Below, one piece after another: positions 1-13,451 of a stretch of DNA of 64,000 bases (its first letter is position 1; each line of letters starts with the position of its first letter). The translations under genes were made by a program, and so were the position numbers. A model generated the notes under the pieces. That model made no database searches. It was not told the origin of the DNA and worked only from the letters and a program-made list of their open reading frames with translations. Source of the stretch: Octopus vulgaris (lineage: Eukaryota); NCBI GenBank assembly GCA_951406725.2, contig OX597816.1, positions 80,724,001 through 80,788,000 of the forward strand. Reading direction: 5' to 3'.

Positions 1-79
1 CAGATTAATTAGCGCTTAGCATATAAACTAAATGCCATAATATTTATTCTGTACACAGCATTTTGTATAAATTACTAGC

Positions 80-265
80 ATGGGCATTTTGCCAGAAATT
101 TGGGCGATATGATATAGCCCATTTAGATCGATCTTCAGAAATTTACATCTACTTTATTTATCGACCCTGAAAACATGAAATGGTAATGCCAACCAGAGCA
201 GGTTTTGAAAATATAATATAAAGTGATGCAACTTAAAACCATGGAGAATTCTATTTGATTCTCTA
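80..265 (-). mobile_element. Highly diverged copy of SINE family B
   Basis: ttttatcgaccctgaaaacatgaaa (~155-180) and flanks match the antisense core of the better copies at 2585-2800 and 13160-13385. Confidence 0.5.
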
Positions 266-1141
266 AATATCTGTAATGTCTATATATGTATGTCTTTATC
301 TGCCTATCTAGCCACCTACTTACCTTCCTAATCTACCAACATAATTGACGTTCTGCTTATCTCTACCACTATATTTATTGCTGCGCACGTCTCTTTATCT
401 AGTAATCATCATCATCTTCATCATCATCATCGTCATCATCATCATCATCGTCACCATCATCATTAGCAGCAGGAACAATGGAGAGCTACATGATCAAGGC
501 GCCACCATAGCCGCCACACTTTAGCAGAAAAATGCATAAATGCGGGGTTGCGACGTTTGGTTTCAATCTGACAGACATATTTACATTAGCAATGGTAGCG
601 CGAATATTACGTAAAATTATAGTTATCAATATTTTTACCACCACCACCACCACCACCAAAATCACAACTGCAAACATCATCATCGTCATCATTGTCAGCA
701 TCATAGTTTTGATTTGATTTGATTTTTTTTTTTTACCATTCCGTAATGCTATGAACCTATAATCATTACTTTGGAAATAATGAATGTAAAATGAATTTAT
801 GCTTCAATTGTTAGCAGCGGTTGATGCGTTAAGGCTGTGTGATCATTGTAAACTCTTTTGCTTTGTTTGGGAATGTTGAATCAGAAATGTTATGAACAAC
901 TTTCGTTTTAATCTCTATGAAAACTCACCAAAGAAATATAGTGATGTGTTTGTCTGCGTATGTGGAAAGGTGTATTTGTGTCTATGTGGTGTTTGGGTAT
1001 ATGATAGTGTGTGTGGGGGCGGTTATGATGTGGGAGGGTCGTGTTTGTTTTGTGATTTGTTGGTGATTTTTGCCAAATTATAATTCTAAACAATTGTTTA
1101 TAATATTTCTTATTCACACTCGTTCCTTCCCATTACACTGC

Positions 1142-1172
<31 letters not shown>

Positions 1173-1283
1173 TTTCTCTCAATCCAAATCTATTGCTTTT
1201 TTGCTTTTTAATCCTTATCTTTTTGTTTTTAGTTTAATTTCCAGTTATCAATCATATCCATCCAACTGTTCATCTGTCCATCT

Positions 1284-1314
1284 ATGTATGTATGTATGTA
1301 TGTATGTATGTATG

Positions 1315-1378
<64 letters not shown>

Positions 1379-1654
1379 CGTATAGTTTTATCTATGTCCG
1401 TCTATTCATGTATCTACCTATCCATCCATCCATCTATCTATCCTTCTATTTATCCACCTGTCTATATATTTCTCCGTGTATCCATGCATTATTCCTTCTA
1501 TCTATGCATTTATCCATTACACTCTCATTTTATCTATTTATGTACCTATCTATCAATTCATCCATCTACGTATACATTTATACATCTGGCTGTTTATCTC
1601 CTCCGCCTTGTCTCTCTCCCTTTCTATCTGTCTATCTATCTATCTATCTATCTA

Positions 1655-1709
<55 letters not shown>

Positions 1710-1735
1710 GTCTGTCTATCTATCTCTCTTTCTTT
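1284..1735. repeat. Compound microsatellite (TATG)n/(TATC)n/(TA)n
   Basis: Directly visible; source of the YLSI/IYIY pseudo-ORFs. Confidence 0.95.
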
Positions 1736-1740
1736 TTCTA

Positions 1741-1956
1741 TCTTTTACTTGTTTCAGTCATTTGACTGCGGCCATGCTGGAGCACCGCCTTTAATCGAGC
1801 AACTCGACCCCGGGACTTTATTCTTTTGTAAGCCCAGTACTTATTCTATCGGTATCTTTTGCCGAACCGCTAAGTAACGGGGACATAAACACACCAGCAT
1901 CGGTTGTCAAGCAATGCTAGGGGGACAAACACAGACACACAAAACTCACACACACA

Positions 1957-2002
<46 letters not shown>

Positions 2003-2167
2003 TACGACAGGTTTCTTTCAGTTTCCGTCTACCAAATCCACTCACAAGGCTTTGGTCGGCCCGAGGCTATAGTAGAAGACACTTGCCCAAAGTGCCACGC
2101 AATGGGACTGAACCCAGAACCATGTGGTTGGTAAGCAAGCTGCTTACCACACAGCCACACCTGCGCC
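1741..2167 (-). mobile_element. tRNA-derived SINE family A, near full length, internal (TA)/(TG) microsatellite
   Basis: Minus strand starts ggcgcaggtgtggctgtgtggtaag (A-box like) then gggttcagtccc (B-box like); ends in gaaacaagtaaaaga tail; homologous copies at 2860, 4950, 8401, 29889, 37803, 57499. Confidence 0.9.
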
Positions 2168-2584
2168 ATCTTTCTATCTATTTATCTATCTATCTACGTA
2201 CCTACCTAAATTCGTTGCTTCGATGCTATACTGTGATATTAATGGTCGGTTTAGGTTGCTTAAAAATCCCAATACATGACTTACACTAGTCTGGCTGATC
2301 AGTCTTTTACCATCCATACATTTCTTGTACATAACGCAAGGTGTTTATTTATTTCCATTCTTCTTAGCTTTGGCTTAAAAATCTATCGATATATTTTGTG
2401 GTACAATATGGTGTTGAAACAGACCACTGTTAGATAATTTGAAAATAGTTCCCAAAAACATGTTCTCTGTATTAATTGCTCTGGCAATCAGCTTAATCCC
2501 TAAATACTAGAACGCTTATAAGCAGTGTCTCGACAGAAAATTCAAACGAATGGTGCAGAACCCTGTCTTTCTTCTCACACAAAT

Positions 2585-2800
2585 ATTCTTTCCTACTCTA
2601 GGCACAAGGCCCGAAATTTCGAGGGAAGGAGCCAGTCGATTAGATCGACTGAGTTCGCAACTGGTACTTAATTTATCGATCCCGAAAGGTTGAAAAGCAA
2701 AGTCGACCTCGGCAGAATTTGAACTCAAAACATAAAGACAAACGAAATACCGCTAAACATTTCGCTCGGTGTGCTCACATTTCTGCCAGCTCACCGTCTT
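2585..2800 (-). mobile_element. tRNA-derived SINE family B, full length, with target-site duplication
   Basis: Minus strand: gagctggcagaa (A box), gagttcaaattc (B box), central ctttcgggatcgataaattaagtaccag (resembles Deu/Nin-type SINE core, from memory); flanking direct repeat tcttctcacacaaatatt at 2570-2587 and 2797-2814. Confidence 0.92.
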
Positions 2801-2859
2801 CTCACACAAATATTGTAAATATAAGCATTAACGACTTACTATAAACAGAAAAAAATGTT

Positions 2860-3074
2860 CACACGTAGCTGTATAGCAGGAGGTTTGCTTCTCAAGTATA
2901 TTGTTTCATGTTCAGTCCCGCTGTGTGGCACCTTGGGTGAGTGCCTTGTACTATAGCCTCGAGCTGACTAAAGACTTAGTAGCGGATTTGTCTGACAGAA
3001 ACCCAAAGAAACCCGTTGTAAATATCAATATAGTATATATATATATACATATACATGCTTACATACATGCATAG

Positions 3075-3141
<67 letters not shown>

Positions 3142-3425
3142 TGTGTGTCTGTGTGTGTGTGTGTACGTATGTATATATGTATGTATTTATCCATGTATGT
3201 ATGTGTGTTTGTGTTTTTGTGTTTTGTTTGTCCCCCCACCAGCCCTTGACAACCGATGCTAGTTTGTTTATGACCACGCAACTTAACGGTCCGGGGAAAG
3301 AGACCTATATAATACATATCAGACTTCAAAACGTATAAGTACTAAGATTCATTTGCTCGTCTAGAAAGGCTTTGAAGGCGACACTCAAGCATGACTGCGG
3401 TTAAAGACTCAACCAAATAAAAGAT
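2860..3425 (+). mobile_element. SINE family A, diverged, expanded internal microsatellite
   Basis: gttcagtcccgctgtgtggcaccttggg head; (TA)n(TG)n at ~3030-3200; cttgacaaccgatgct body matches the reverse complement of 1741-2167. Confidence 0.85.
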
Positions 3426-3455
3426 ATTCTCTATGACATTTTTGTATATATGTAA

Positions 3456-3456
3456 G

Positions 3457-3526
<70 letters not shown>

Positions 3527-3543
3527 CCTACCTACCTACCTAC

Positions 3544-3589
<46 letters not shown>

Positions 3590-3617
3590 CTATCTATCTA
3601 TCTATCTATCTATCTAT
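3456..3617. repeat. (TATC)n/(TACC)n microsatellite
   Basis: Directly visible. Confidence 0.95.
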
Positions 3618-3851
3618 TTCCCTGTCTTTGTCTGTCTGCCTATCAGTCTGACTGTCTACTTGCCTATGTTCTGTATCCATTATTCTACTTCCAACTCATG
3701 TACTTAACAGCATTCCACTTTCTCACACTTCTATTTATTTTCCCTATGGCTGCGTATACTCCAGAAGTTTTTGTTATTTTGTTCTAAGTTACTCTTCACC
3801 CGTTTTCCGGACCCTTTTTCACAATTCACAATTAGCTTTAACCTAACTGAC

Positions 3852-3884
<33 letters not shown>

Positions 3885-4434
3885 CCTCTCTCTTTCTCTT
3901 TCTCATGCTCTAGATGGCTGTATGGATAACGTAGATATGGTTTTTCGTAAAATTTCAGATAACGGATGAAGAAATCCGTTTTTTTTTTTATATACCTAGG
4001 TGATATGTTATGGTATGAAATCTGTATCACTAATCAGCTTAAGAAGTCAGCTTAAGAAGTTAGCCTGTCAATCTTGAAGTTCCTCGTAGTCCAAATCCAC
4101 AATTATTATCGGTGCACGATATATGTCAGCAAATATGGAGTCATATCCATCAACTTAGCTGTGACCACACTATGATGGATGCTTCAGATTAGTCAAGATG
4201 GATGCTCACTTTATCTTCTGTGTGTATGTATGTATGTATGTATGTATGTATGTATGTATGTATGTGTGTATATGTGTATGTATATATGTATATATGTAAG
4301 TGATGGTGCATGCGCATAAGTTCATGAGAGTGCGTGTATATATATGTGTACATGTGTCTTTGTATTATAATTTAAATGAACCTAACAAAACGCATTTGTT
4401 GATCCCACTGTTTTAATACATCATGCTCAGAGTC

Positions 4435-4655
4435 GTTATTGGTTCCAAATTTTGTCTTAAGGCTAGAAATTTCGGGGAAGAGACTAAGCCTATTACATTG
4501 CCCCTAGGATTCAACCGGTAATTATTTTATCTATCGACACCCGAAAGGATGAATAGGAAAGTTGACCTCAGTGGAATTTGAACTCAGAATGTAGAGACAG
4601 ACGAAATGCCGCTAAGCATTATGCCAGACGTGGTAACGATTTTGTCGGCTCCCTA
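4435..4655 (-). mobile_element. SINE family B
   Basis: ccgaaaggatgaataggaaagttgacctcagtggaatttgaactcagaa...gacgaaatgccgctaagcatt matches the family B antisense core. Confidence 0.85.
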
Positions 4656-4949
4656 CTCAATCCACAATCTCTATTAATGCATTGTATATTTTACTGTCAA
4701 ATTAATGTTTCACAGGACAGGTAACCTCAGGGGACACTCACACACACACACACACACACACTTACACACACAGATAGTGAAAGAGAGATGGGAATAGATA
4801 GATAGACAAGGAAATATTTCGTACATCCATCAACATGTGTATGTACATTTATATATATTTACCGTGTTTCACGTGCGAAATATGTGACATTAAATAAAAC
4901 CAAAATAAGAAATATCAAGAATTTATCCTGAGCCATACGTTATAGTCAT

Positions 4950-5272
4950 AGCGTGGCTATGTGGTATGAAGCCTACTTAGCAACAACATGGTTTCGGGTT
5001 CTGTCCCACTGCGTGGCACTTTAGGCAAGAGCTTTCTACTATAGCCTCGGGCAGATCAAAGCCTTCTGAGTGGATTTGCTAGAGGGAAACTGAAAGAAGC
5101 CTATTGTATACGTATGTATATATTTGTATTTATCTATGTGTGTGTGTGTCTTTGTGTCTGTGTTTGTCCAAATAGTACCGCCTGACAATTAATGTTGGTG
5201 TGTTTACGCACCTGCAACAGCAACATAGCGGTTCGACAAAGAGCCCGATAGAATCAGTACTAGGCTTAAGAA

Positions 5273-5273
<1 letters not shown>
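4950..5273 (+). mobile_element. SINE family A, 3' end lost into (CA)n
   Basis: gcgtggctatgtggtatgaagc...gggttctgtcccactgcgtggcac...ggaaactgaaagaagcc. Confidence 0.85.
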
Positions 5274-5345
<72 letters not shown>

Positions 5346-5446
5346 AACACAAACACACACACACACACACATACAATGCCTCTCTCTTTCTCTCTCTGCT
5401 TGTACGGCAGTCTCTTTCTCTCTTCTTCCTTCTCTCTCTGACAGAC

Positions 5447-5559
5447 CAAAAGCATCACAGAAAACTGTTATTCACTGTTTCACGTTCCCGCCCGGCGGAC
5501 AGTTGTGATTATGACACGGGAACATGAAACTCTGAGTAACAGTTTTTGAAATGCTTTTG
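5447..5559. repeat. Imperfect inverted repeat (~45-bp arms), probable MITE core
   Basis: caaaagcat/atgcttttg, aaaactgttattca/tgagtaacagtttt and gtttcacgttcccg/cgggaacatgaaac pair in nested order. Confidence 0.8.
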
Positions 5560-5642
5560 CAGCTTAAATAAAAAAAAAACAACATATTACTCTACTTTCG
5601 GTATTCGAGTACTATTTTATCCACCTTGCGTTTAAGTGCTAA

Positions 5643-5676
<34 letters not shown>

Positions 5677-7097
5677 AATACACACACTGATTGATTATCA
5701 TTAGTAATTACAAGAAGCTGAACAGGAAGTCATAGGTTCACACAGTGCGATCCAGATGAATTATTAATCCTATCTTATATATTGTATTATCTCCCACTCA
5801 AATCTGATGCCATTACACTATAATAATTTTATGCATTTAATGTTCCTTTTCTTATATTTCCAGTACACCTAGCTTCTTTTTATATTTTTTACTCATTTCG
5901 TTCTCCGCGTTATTATTATTTTAGTTTTTTGTATGTGTATGTGTGTACTTTGTTTTATACTACTTAAATACACAAAAGATTACTTTTTTTCACATGGAAT
6001 AACACAAGCATGAAATTCTCTTTTATTTAATGTAATTGTTATTTTTATATTATTTTACGTATGCGCGGTTTTTCTTTTACTTCAATCTTGCAGGTTTTTA
6101 TGTGAATGGTTGTCTACAGTTAATAATTCTTCTGTAAAATACCTGCGTATGGGATGTGAATGTACGTGAATAGGTTTTTCTATTCAAGTACACTTAAGTG
6201 TTTTATGTGTGAGCAATCAACTCACTGTAAGCTTGTGTGTTGCGTGCGTCAGTATTTATGTGTCTGTGTTTTATGTGCATATATGCATGCGTACCTTTAT
6301 GTCTCCGTACGTATGTGCTGTGAGTGCGTGTATTTGTAAGTATGTCCATTTAAAGAATTTACAATTTCGTCTCACACTACTTACTCGTTCCAACCACATT
6401 ACTATTACTTTGAATAGCAATACTCTACACTCCTCTGTATTTTCTACTTCGTACGGCGCACTAAACTGAATGAGCTCTACCCAACGTTCCATATGTTTTA
6501 ATTCCCTTAACATTATACAACTATATCTTTCGATGATTAATTCGAATCTTTCACTGACATTCTAAATTATTAATGACCGGTCGAATCTACCAGGCTGAAT
6601 TTTACGGTTCGTCGCATTTCTATCAAACAGATTGGAATTGTCTACAATCGATAAAAGAAAGCGATAACTCATAAAAGCATTGCTTATTTTATCGATCTTT
6701 TGTTTTTGTTTTCCTTTTTTTTTTCTTTTCTTGTAAGTCTCTGCTACGGCTTTTTCGTTGATGTTTATCTTTGCTTTAGTTTTCATTGATACGCCTACTT
6801 GTTTACAAGTTCAGTGGATGAGAGAAAGAGAGAGAGACAGAGGCAGAGAGAAAAAGAGAGACAGAGGCAGAGAGAAAGAGAGAGACAGACAGGCAGACAG
6901 GTAGGCAGACAGGTAGGCAGGCAGACAAACGGACAGACAGACTGAGATAGAGACAGTCAGAGGGAGAGAGATAGAAAGACAGTCAGTCAAAGAGAAACGG
7001 AAGGAGAGAGAAGTGGTCTGTCAGAGAGAGAAGGAAGAAGAGAGAAAGAGACTGCCGGAGAAGCAGAGAGAGAAAGAGAGAGGCATTGTATGTGTGC

Positions 7098-7144
<47 letters not shown>

Positions 7145-8400
7145 TAGATAGATGGTCAGTTACATATGTCCGTCAGTGTATTCGATCATACTTATCTATA
7201 AGTATATATTCACCATATAAATGTGAAGACTGCGCAAATAGACATACGTTTATAGATTGCCACACATATAGAAGAGATGTATACAAGTGTACGTATGTCT
7301 ACGTATAAATTGCTTCACAATTATTCGATACTTTGGGTGGTTCTACTCCAGTCCAAGGATGAGTTAAAAAGGCAGGAAATGTCCAAAACTTATGGGAGTG
7401 TATTCATTAAGACTATGCGTATAATTACATGTGTATATTGGTGCATGCATGTAAATGTGATAGTTAATGCCTCAGAAAAAGGGAAACTACACATAAAGAT
7501 GTTTATTTTCCTCATAAATAAAAACAATGGATTTACATGAATAGAAGAGTGTGAATTGGTTTTGGGTTGAAAGGACCATTCAATATGTATAAAAAGTCAC
7601 TACGAGCTTTATTAGTAATTTGATCTTAGTCACTATCACTCTTTTTCTCTCCCATTTCTCCCCCATTTCTCTCTTCCAACCCTTTTCGTGCTTTTGCTCT
7701 CACAGGGAATATACTAGTCAATGGTATACAATATATTTTATGAATGGAAATATATATTTTCACACCACCTGGAATAAAACGTTTTATCAATCAATTTCAC
7801 AAACGAGAGTACGAGAGGAAGAATCCATAGTTTCCAGGACAACAATTGAAGGAGAACGCTGGAAAATCTTCCTTTAGCTTCTAATGTTGAATTTTATGTC
7901 CCTTTTAATGTATACGCCCAGAAATCTAGAAATCAAAAGAGTTAATAACCCATTCAAGAATGCTGCTGATCACGCAAAGAACATATAAGTCACTAAATCA
8001 GATAAAAAGAAACCAATCGAAGGTATAAGCACAATGACTAAGAATATTTGCCTTTAATTAATTTTTCCTCGCGGAAACGAGACTCAGTCATTAAAACACC
8101 ACAAATTATCAACTCCTGGCCAACACCTGATGAATCTTTCGAAATTGGTAAAAATTACCATTCTAGAGGACTCGCAGCAATACGAGTTTAAGCAGCTGAT
8201 AAAATGAGATATCAGTCATGTACTTAATTTATAAAACTATCATAAAACGAAACGTACATTTTTCACTAAAATAAAGATTATAATTGGGGTTAGGGTGCAC
8301 AACACATGGTATTCGGTTACCCATTTTCATTTAAGTGAGTAGCTGAATACTATGTCTTCCCTTTTATCCTTCTTTATTTAAAACACATATATTGCAATTC

Positions 8401-8530
8401 TATCTTTTATTTGTTTCAGTAGTTAGACTGCAACTATGCTAGGGCATCGGTCCCAGTACTTATTTTTTTAAACATCTTCTCTTTTGCTGAACCGCTAAGT
8501 TACGGGGACATAAATGCACCAGCGCTGGTT

Positions 8531-8599
<69 letters not shown>

Positions 8600-8762
8600 G
8601 AGGGGCTTCTTTCAGTTTCCGTCTAGCAAATCCATTGTCAAGGCTTTGGTCAGCCCAATGCTATAGTAGAAGACACTTGCCCAAGGTACCACATAGAAGA
8701 ACTGAACCCGGAACCGCGTCGTTAGGAAGCAAGTTTCTTACCACACAGCCACACCTGTACCT
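8401..8762 (-). mobile_element. SINE family A with internal deletions
   Basis: Collinear with 1741-2167 (ctttcagtttccgtct...aaggctttggtc...tatagtagaagacacttgcccaagg...ttaccacacagccacacctg). Confidence 0.9.
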
Positions 8763-9676
8763 ATAAAATTAAATTGTATATAAAATATAAATATATTAAA
8801 TTACAGTACATTATCTAATATTGTCGCAGTTTTGCAGTACGGTATGTTATATATGACACTATAAGGTCTTAAAGACCATTTAGGACCGAAATTTGAGTTG
8901 TATATTGTACTTAGTAGGAAAGTATACTTGAACGACATGTCCTTATTCTTGACAAAAGAAATGAATAGTTGAAACGTTGGCATTCAAATCTTTGCTCCAT
9001 AAAGATGAAGGTTAGTTAACCTTTTGTTATAACTTTGCCTGAAAATTATATCATAAATATAGAAATCTTGAAACCGGAAAACGTGAAACATCGTTAAATA
9101 ATAGATTACTGTGGACAAGAAATATCATAAGCTGTTACTTAGCACATGAACATAACGGCAAGTAAAAGCTGCGTACTAAATGGAAAGTATAATAGTTCAG
9201 TAGCATAGCGTCATCTCACCTGACATTTAAAATGAATTCCATGAAGTGAGAGATGATAATGGCGAAGGGGTTGAGAGGGAAGAGAAAAAAATGAAAATGA
9301 AACAACAATTTAGCGAGCAGAAGATTATAAGGATAATAAATTGAACGGGAAGTAGAAACGGAAAGTGAAACCTTAAATACTCAATCGCCCATAACTTTTG
9401 ATATTTTATGGAAACATTAATTAATTCTTAATATAACAAGAGGAGAGATAGGAGAGGGGGATAAGGGGAGAAAGCGTGGAGTGGAAGGTGGTAAGAAGTG
9501 GAAGAAAAACAGGAAAACACGAAAAAGGGAAAGGAAATACAGTTGTAGTAAACTTTGCAGCGTTTAGTTTTGTACCTCTTTACAGTATGAGTTCAAATTA
9601 CAATCCGATGTCGGTCTTTCTGGATACTAGTCATCTACTGAGGCTGATTTGACAATATCCATCTACTATATATATA

Positions 9677-9881
9677 CGACGGGGTGGTGCAAAGATCCTC
9701 TAACCGCGAAAGGCCTGGTTAGAGGCCCAAACTCCCGAGTTCTTCTCCGGGGCTTAGAAAAACTGAAGGACCGCTGCAAAATGTGTGTGAATCTGAGAGG
9801 GGAATATGTTTAATAAGATCATAATCAAAAGATGTTCCTGTATTTCCTTTTATTGAAAGTCAAGAAGTTTTCAACACTCCA
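9677..9881 (+). mobile_element. Short mariner-derived non-autonomous element
   Basis: Starts TA|cgacggggtggtgcaaag, ends gaagttttcaacactcc; retains transposase C-terminus GLEKLKDRCKMCVNLRGEYV; related copy at 55715. Confidence 0.7.
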
Positions 9882-10098
9882 CCAGAAATGACTCTATCGA
9901 AAGTAGCATTAATTTTCTTAGGTCATTCAATTTACGTCAATTGATCAATAGACCAATTGAGTAAAGCGATTAATAACGTACCTATGAAGACTACTGGAAA
10001 CAGCTGTGAGCCAGATTTGCTCTAACAATGAAATTATATGTAATGACCATTATTTATTTTAGCTTTTTTATTATATATATATATATATATATATATAT

Positions 10099-10478
10099 TG
10101 ACCAATTCCCATCCCCACATTTTCACACCTATACATACACACGCGCACACGTCAAGACCAACAGCCCTCTCTCACACGCACATACGTGCTCTCTTACACA
10201 CAAGCGCACCTTCGTTCTTGGGATCACTTGTACTTTGTTATCTCCTCTACTTCTTCGCCCTCCTGTGTGACCCTTCTGTCTGGCAGTCGCCATGATAGGT
10301 CGGTAGCCACTACACATTTTTTTCTCTCCTTGTTTCTTTCCGTGTTCCTATCTTTGGAAGAGCGTAGACTCGAAACGTAAAATACTTTTTCAATTCCCGA
10401 GCGTTATACTAATACATCTGCTTGTTTTCTACACCACCTGCCTTCGTCTTTTGTTTCTTTGTTTTTTTCGTGAATTCT

Positions 10479-10481
<3 letters not shown>
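10099..10481 (+). mobile_element. Probable Penelope-like 3' fragment with decayed minimal hammerhead, inserted in (TA)n
   Basis: Bounded by (TA)n on both sides; ctttgga-agagcgtagactc-gaaa-cgta at ~10352-10379; downstream organisation resembles 38455-38615 (minus). Confidence 0.45.
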
Positions 10482-10538
<57 letters not shown>

Positions 10539-11015
10539 TTGTACTTCAAGTTACCAGAGTAGTGATAGCGAGTTGACAGACAAAAAAGAACTCCTCCGCT
10601 CATAAGTGTCCGAAATTTATAATGGCTGTGGTAATGATGACGACGGCAAGGATGAGGAGGGGGAGGAGTGTAAGAAGAGAAAAAATAAATCACAATGATG
10701 ATGACGTTGTCTACCAACTGTGGCACGAAGCAATACATTTTTGTGCGCCGATGTAGTAGACTAAAAAATATGAAACATTTGCTTGTCACTGAAATGCACG
10801 GAATATTAATTTTAAAATGAGTGCAATGATGACAAGTTTTGGGGACAGGAAATAGTTGATTATATCAGCTCAAGTCCATCTATCGGTTCCGAAAAGATCA
10901 AAGGCTATTTCAAACTGTGAGATTTTAATTTCAGAACATAGAGACATAATCACACACTGAACTGTATTTGTCCGATGCTCTAATAACTTTTTCATCCATC
11001 ACTAACATATAAAGC

Positions 11016-11053
<38 letters not shown>

Positions 11054-11177
11054 GTAAGAATTATGTTGACAATGATATTCATGAGGGTAAGAATGATGAT
11101 GATGATGGTAATGATGATAATGGTGGTGGTGGTGGTGGTGGTGGTCGCGGCAGTGGCGGTGGTGGAGGTAGTGGTAA
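11016..11177. repeat. (GAT)n/(GGT)n trinucleotide repeats
   Basis: Directly visible. Confidence 0.9.
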
Positions 11178-11324
11178 TTGCTAACTTTAGCACAACAACA
11201 TAAATTCACTGAGTGGTTATACTAGACTTGAAAATACCAAGTACATCGGCCATGCCTTGTCAAAATTGAAAATAACCATGTAAATGCAGCTCAAAGTGAA
11301 AGTAATTATAGTACCTATATACAC

Positions 11325-11910
11325 GAGAAGAGAAAACTTCCAAGGAAACACCTAATATGGCCTATTCTTCTGCCTCGCTCTAACGCTAATAACAAATTTA
11401 CTGAATGGAACTGCTAATGGCTACATGTGCTAAAGACATATTATGAACAATCATCAGTACGCAGGTGATTTAAAATGTAAAGGACAAAATGCAGTTGCAA
11501 AACTAACTAGAAATGGGCATAAAATAAATAGGTATATAGACAAATTTTCTAAAGCCATTATCAGAGGGTAAATTAACTAAAAATAAGAACATTCAATTAA
11601 AAGCATCGGAATCAGAGAATTAGACCATACACATACTTAAGAGGTGATGGAGGTGGTGTGCTACTACACAAACAGATGGATAAAACTGGAAAAGAATGTT
11701 GCGGAAGAGTCAAACTAGTATTCAAAATTTAAGCCAATGCTAAAAATAAGATAATAGGTATAATTATACTATCCGACTCGGTCATAAAAAGTTCTAAAGT
11801 AATAAACCAATAAAAAGAAATTGAAAAACTTAGAGAAAAGAAGTCAGGCAATTAGAAACTACATTTTAAAGCTAACCTCCCCAAGCCTAGAACATTTAGA
11901 CTATATAAAC
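11325..11910 (+). pseudogene. Decayed reverse transcriptase of an R4/Dong-type LINE
   Basis: Translates to RENFQGNT*YGLFFCLALTLITNLLNGTANGY...MNNHQYAGDLK, matching the RT motifs RGIFQGDSLSPLLFCLAL...NHLLYMDDLK with stops. Confidence 0.7.
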
Positions 11911-12926
11911 ATACAACTATAAAATAACAACAATAAACTAGGAATATATTAAGAAGCAGGTAAAGTGGAAAATGATTAGAATAATAAGGAAACATGAAGG
12001 AAACGAAACCACTATAAGGAAACAATAAAATACAAGCTAGAAGTTATATAGTCTGAGAAAAAGTATTCAGATAAAGACACAAAAATATAAACAAAAAACA
12101 AAAAAGAAAATCGAAAGAGAATTCAAAAACATACTGGACTATGGTGTGGTGTGTATCTCATTATCTTTGAAAGCCTTTTGCTTCGTATTTGATCCTGAAA
12201 ACCAGGTCAACACAATCACACGCCTTTTATCACTAAGCTCGCATTCAATTAATTCTTGTAAGGTATAGAAAACGCCTTGTCTCTTCGTGACGAAGAGCTG
12301 TGCTAACTTTCACATTGCCATTTCATGAACGATTCTCATGGAAAGGAAGAAAGAATATTTCTTGACCTATTCCTATCAAAATTGTTTCTATGAATACAAC
12401 CTGTGTATATTAATAAGATATTCATTGGGTTTGACATTTGGAAAATTTTGTGGCCTATGTGCCGTTTTTGTTCTTATTCAGTAACTCGTTAAAATGGTGT
12501 TCATTCGTTTTAAAAGCACCATTATTATTTCATTCATATTAAAGACATCACTATATTTTTTTCAAAACGTTACAGCTATATTTTACAGCATTTTACCCAT
12601 ATTTTGGGAAAAGGGGATCTATACGAGAAACACCTTCACTTCAGAGAAATTTGTCAAGACGTGGGGAGGCGTTTCTTACTGACATTTTGAGCTGAATATC
12701 TACAAAAATAAAGGATAAAAAATTTACCAAATAAAATGCACATTTCTTTGATTCAGCTTGAAAGATATGACAGAAAAAGTAATCTAATTTTGAAAAAAAA
12801 AATCACAAAACAATATCTGGAAAAATTGGATATGTACATCTAAACAGAACGAAAGTTAATGACGTTTGCTAGGGTAGGAAACAACAAAGACAAAAGCAAT
12901 AACAAAACAACAACAACAACAATAAA

Positions 12927-12994
<68 letters not shown>

Positions 12995-12997
<3 letters not shown>

Positions 12998-13425
12998 GGC
13001 TCTTAAATTTTGGCAGAAAACCAGCAATTTTTAGGGGAGGGTATCATTTGATTACATCGACTCCGGTTCTTCATTAATTTATCGATCCTGGAGGAATGAA
13101 CGTCAAAGTTGACCTCGGTGGAATTTCAACGTAGAAAGTAATGAATGCGAAGAAATACCTATTTCTTTATTACCCACAAGGGGCTAAACACAGAGGGGAC
13201 AAACAAGGACAGACATAGGTATTAAGCCGATTACATCGACCCCAGTGCGTAACTGGTACTTAATTTATCGACCCCGAAAGGATGAAAGGCAAAGTCGACC
13301 TCGGCGGAATTTAAACTCACAACGTAACGCAGACGAAATACCGCTAAGCATTTCGCCCGGCGTGCTAACGTTTCTGCCAGACCGCTATCCACTTTGTCCA
13401 ACACTCTAGAGATTGTGCCAGCTTA
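12995..13425 (-). mobile_element. Old SINE B copy interrupted by a younger SINE B variant (13160-13383)
   Basis: Outer copy breaks at gaaatacc (~13159) and resumes at accgcta (~13381); inner copy is near-canonical but has a different tail (tatttctttattacccacaaggggctaaac). Confidence 0.8.
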
Positions 13426-13451
13426 AAGCTTTAATGATAATAATAATAATA

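Noticed and set aside
7640-7877. Strong polypyrimidine tract plus cag acceptor (~7705) followed by an open frame
   Set aside because: No recognisable protein and no clear donor before the stop; could be a decayed retroelement
8120-8160. ctgatga...gaaa hammerhead candidate
   Set aside because: atctttc between the boxes cannot form stem II and no stem I partner is present; at most a relic
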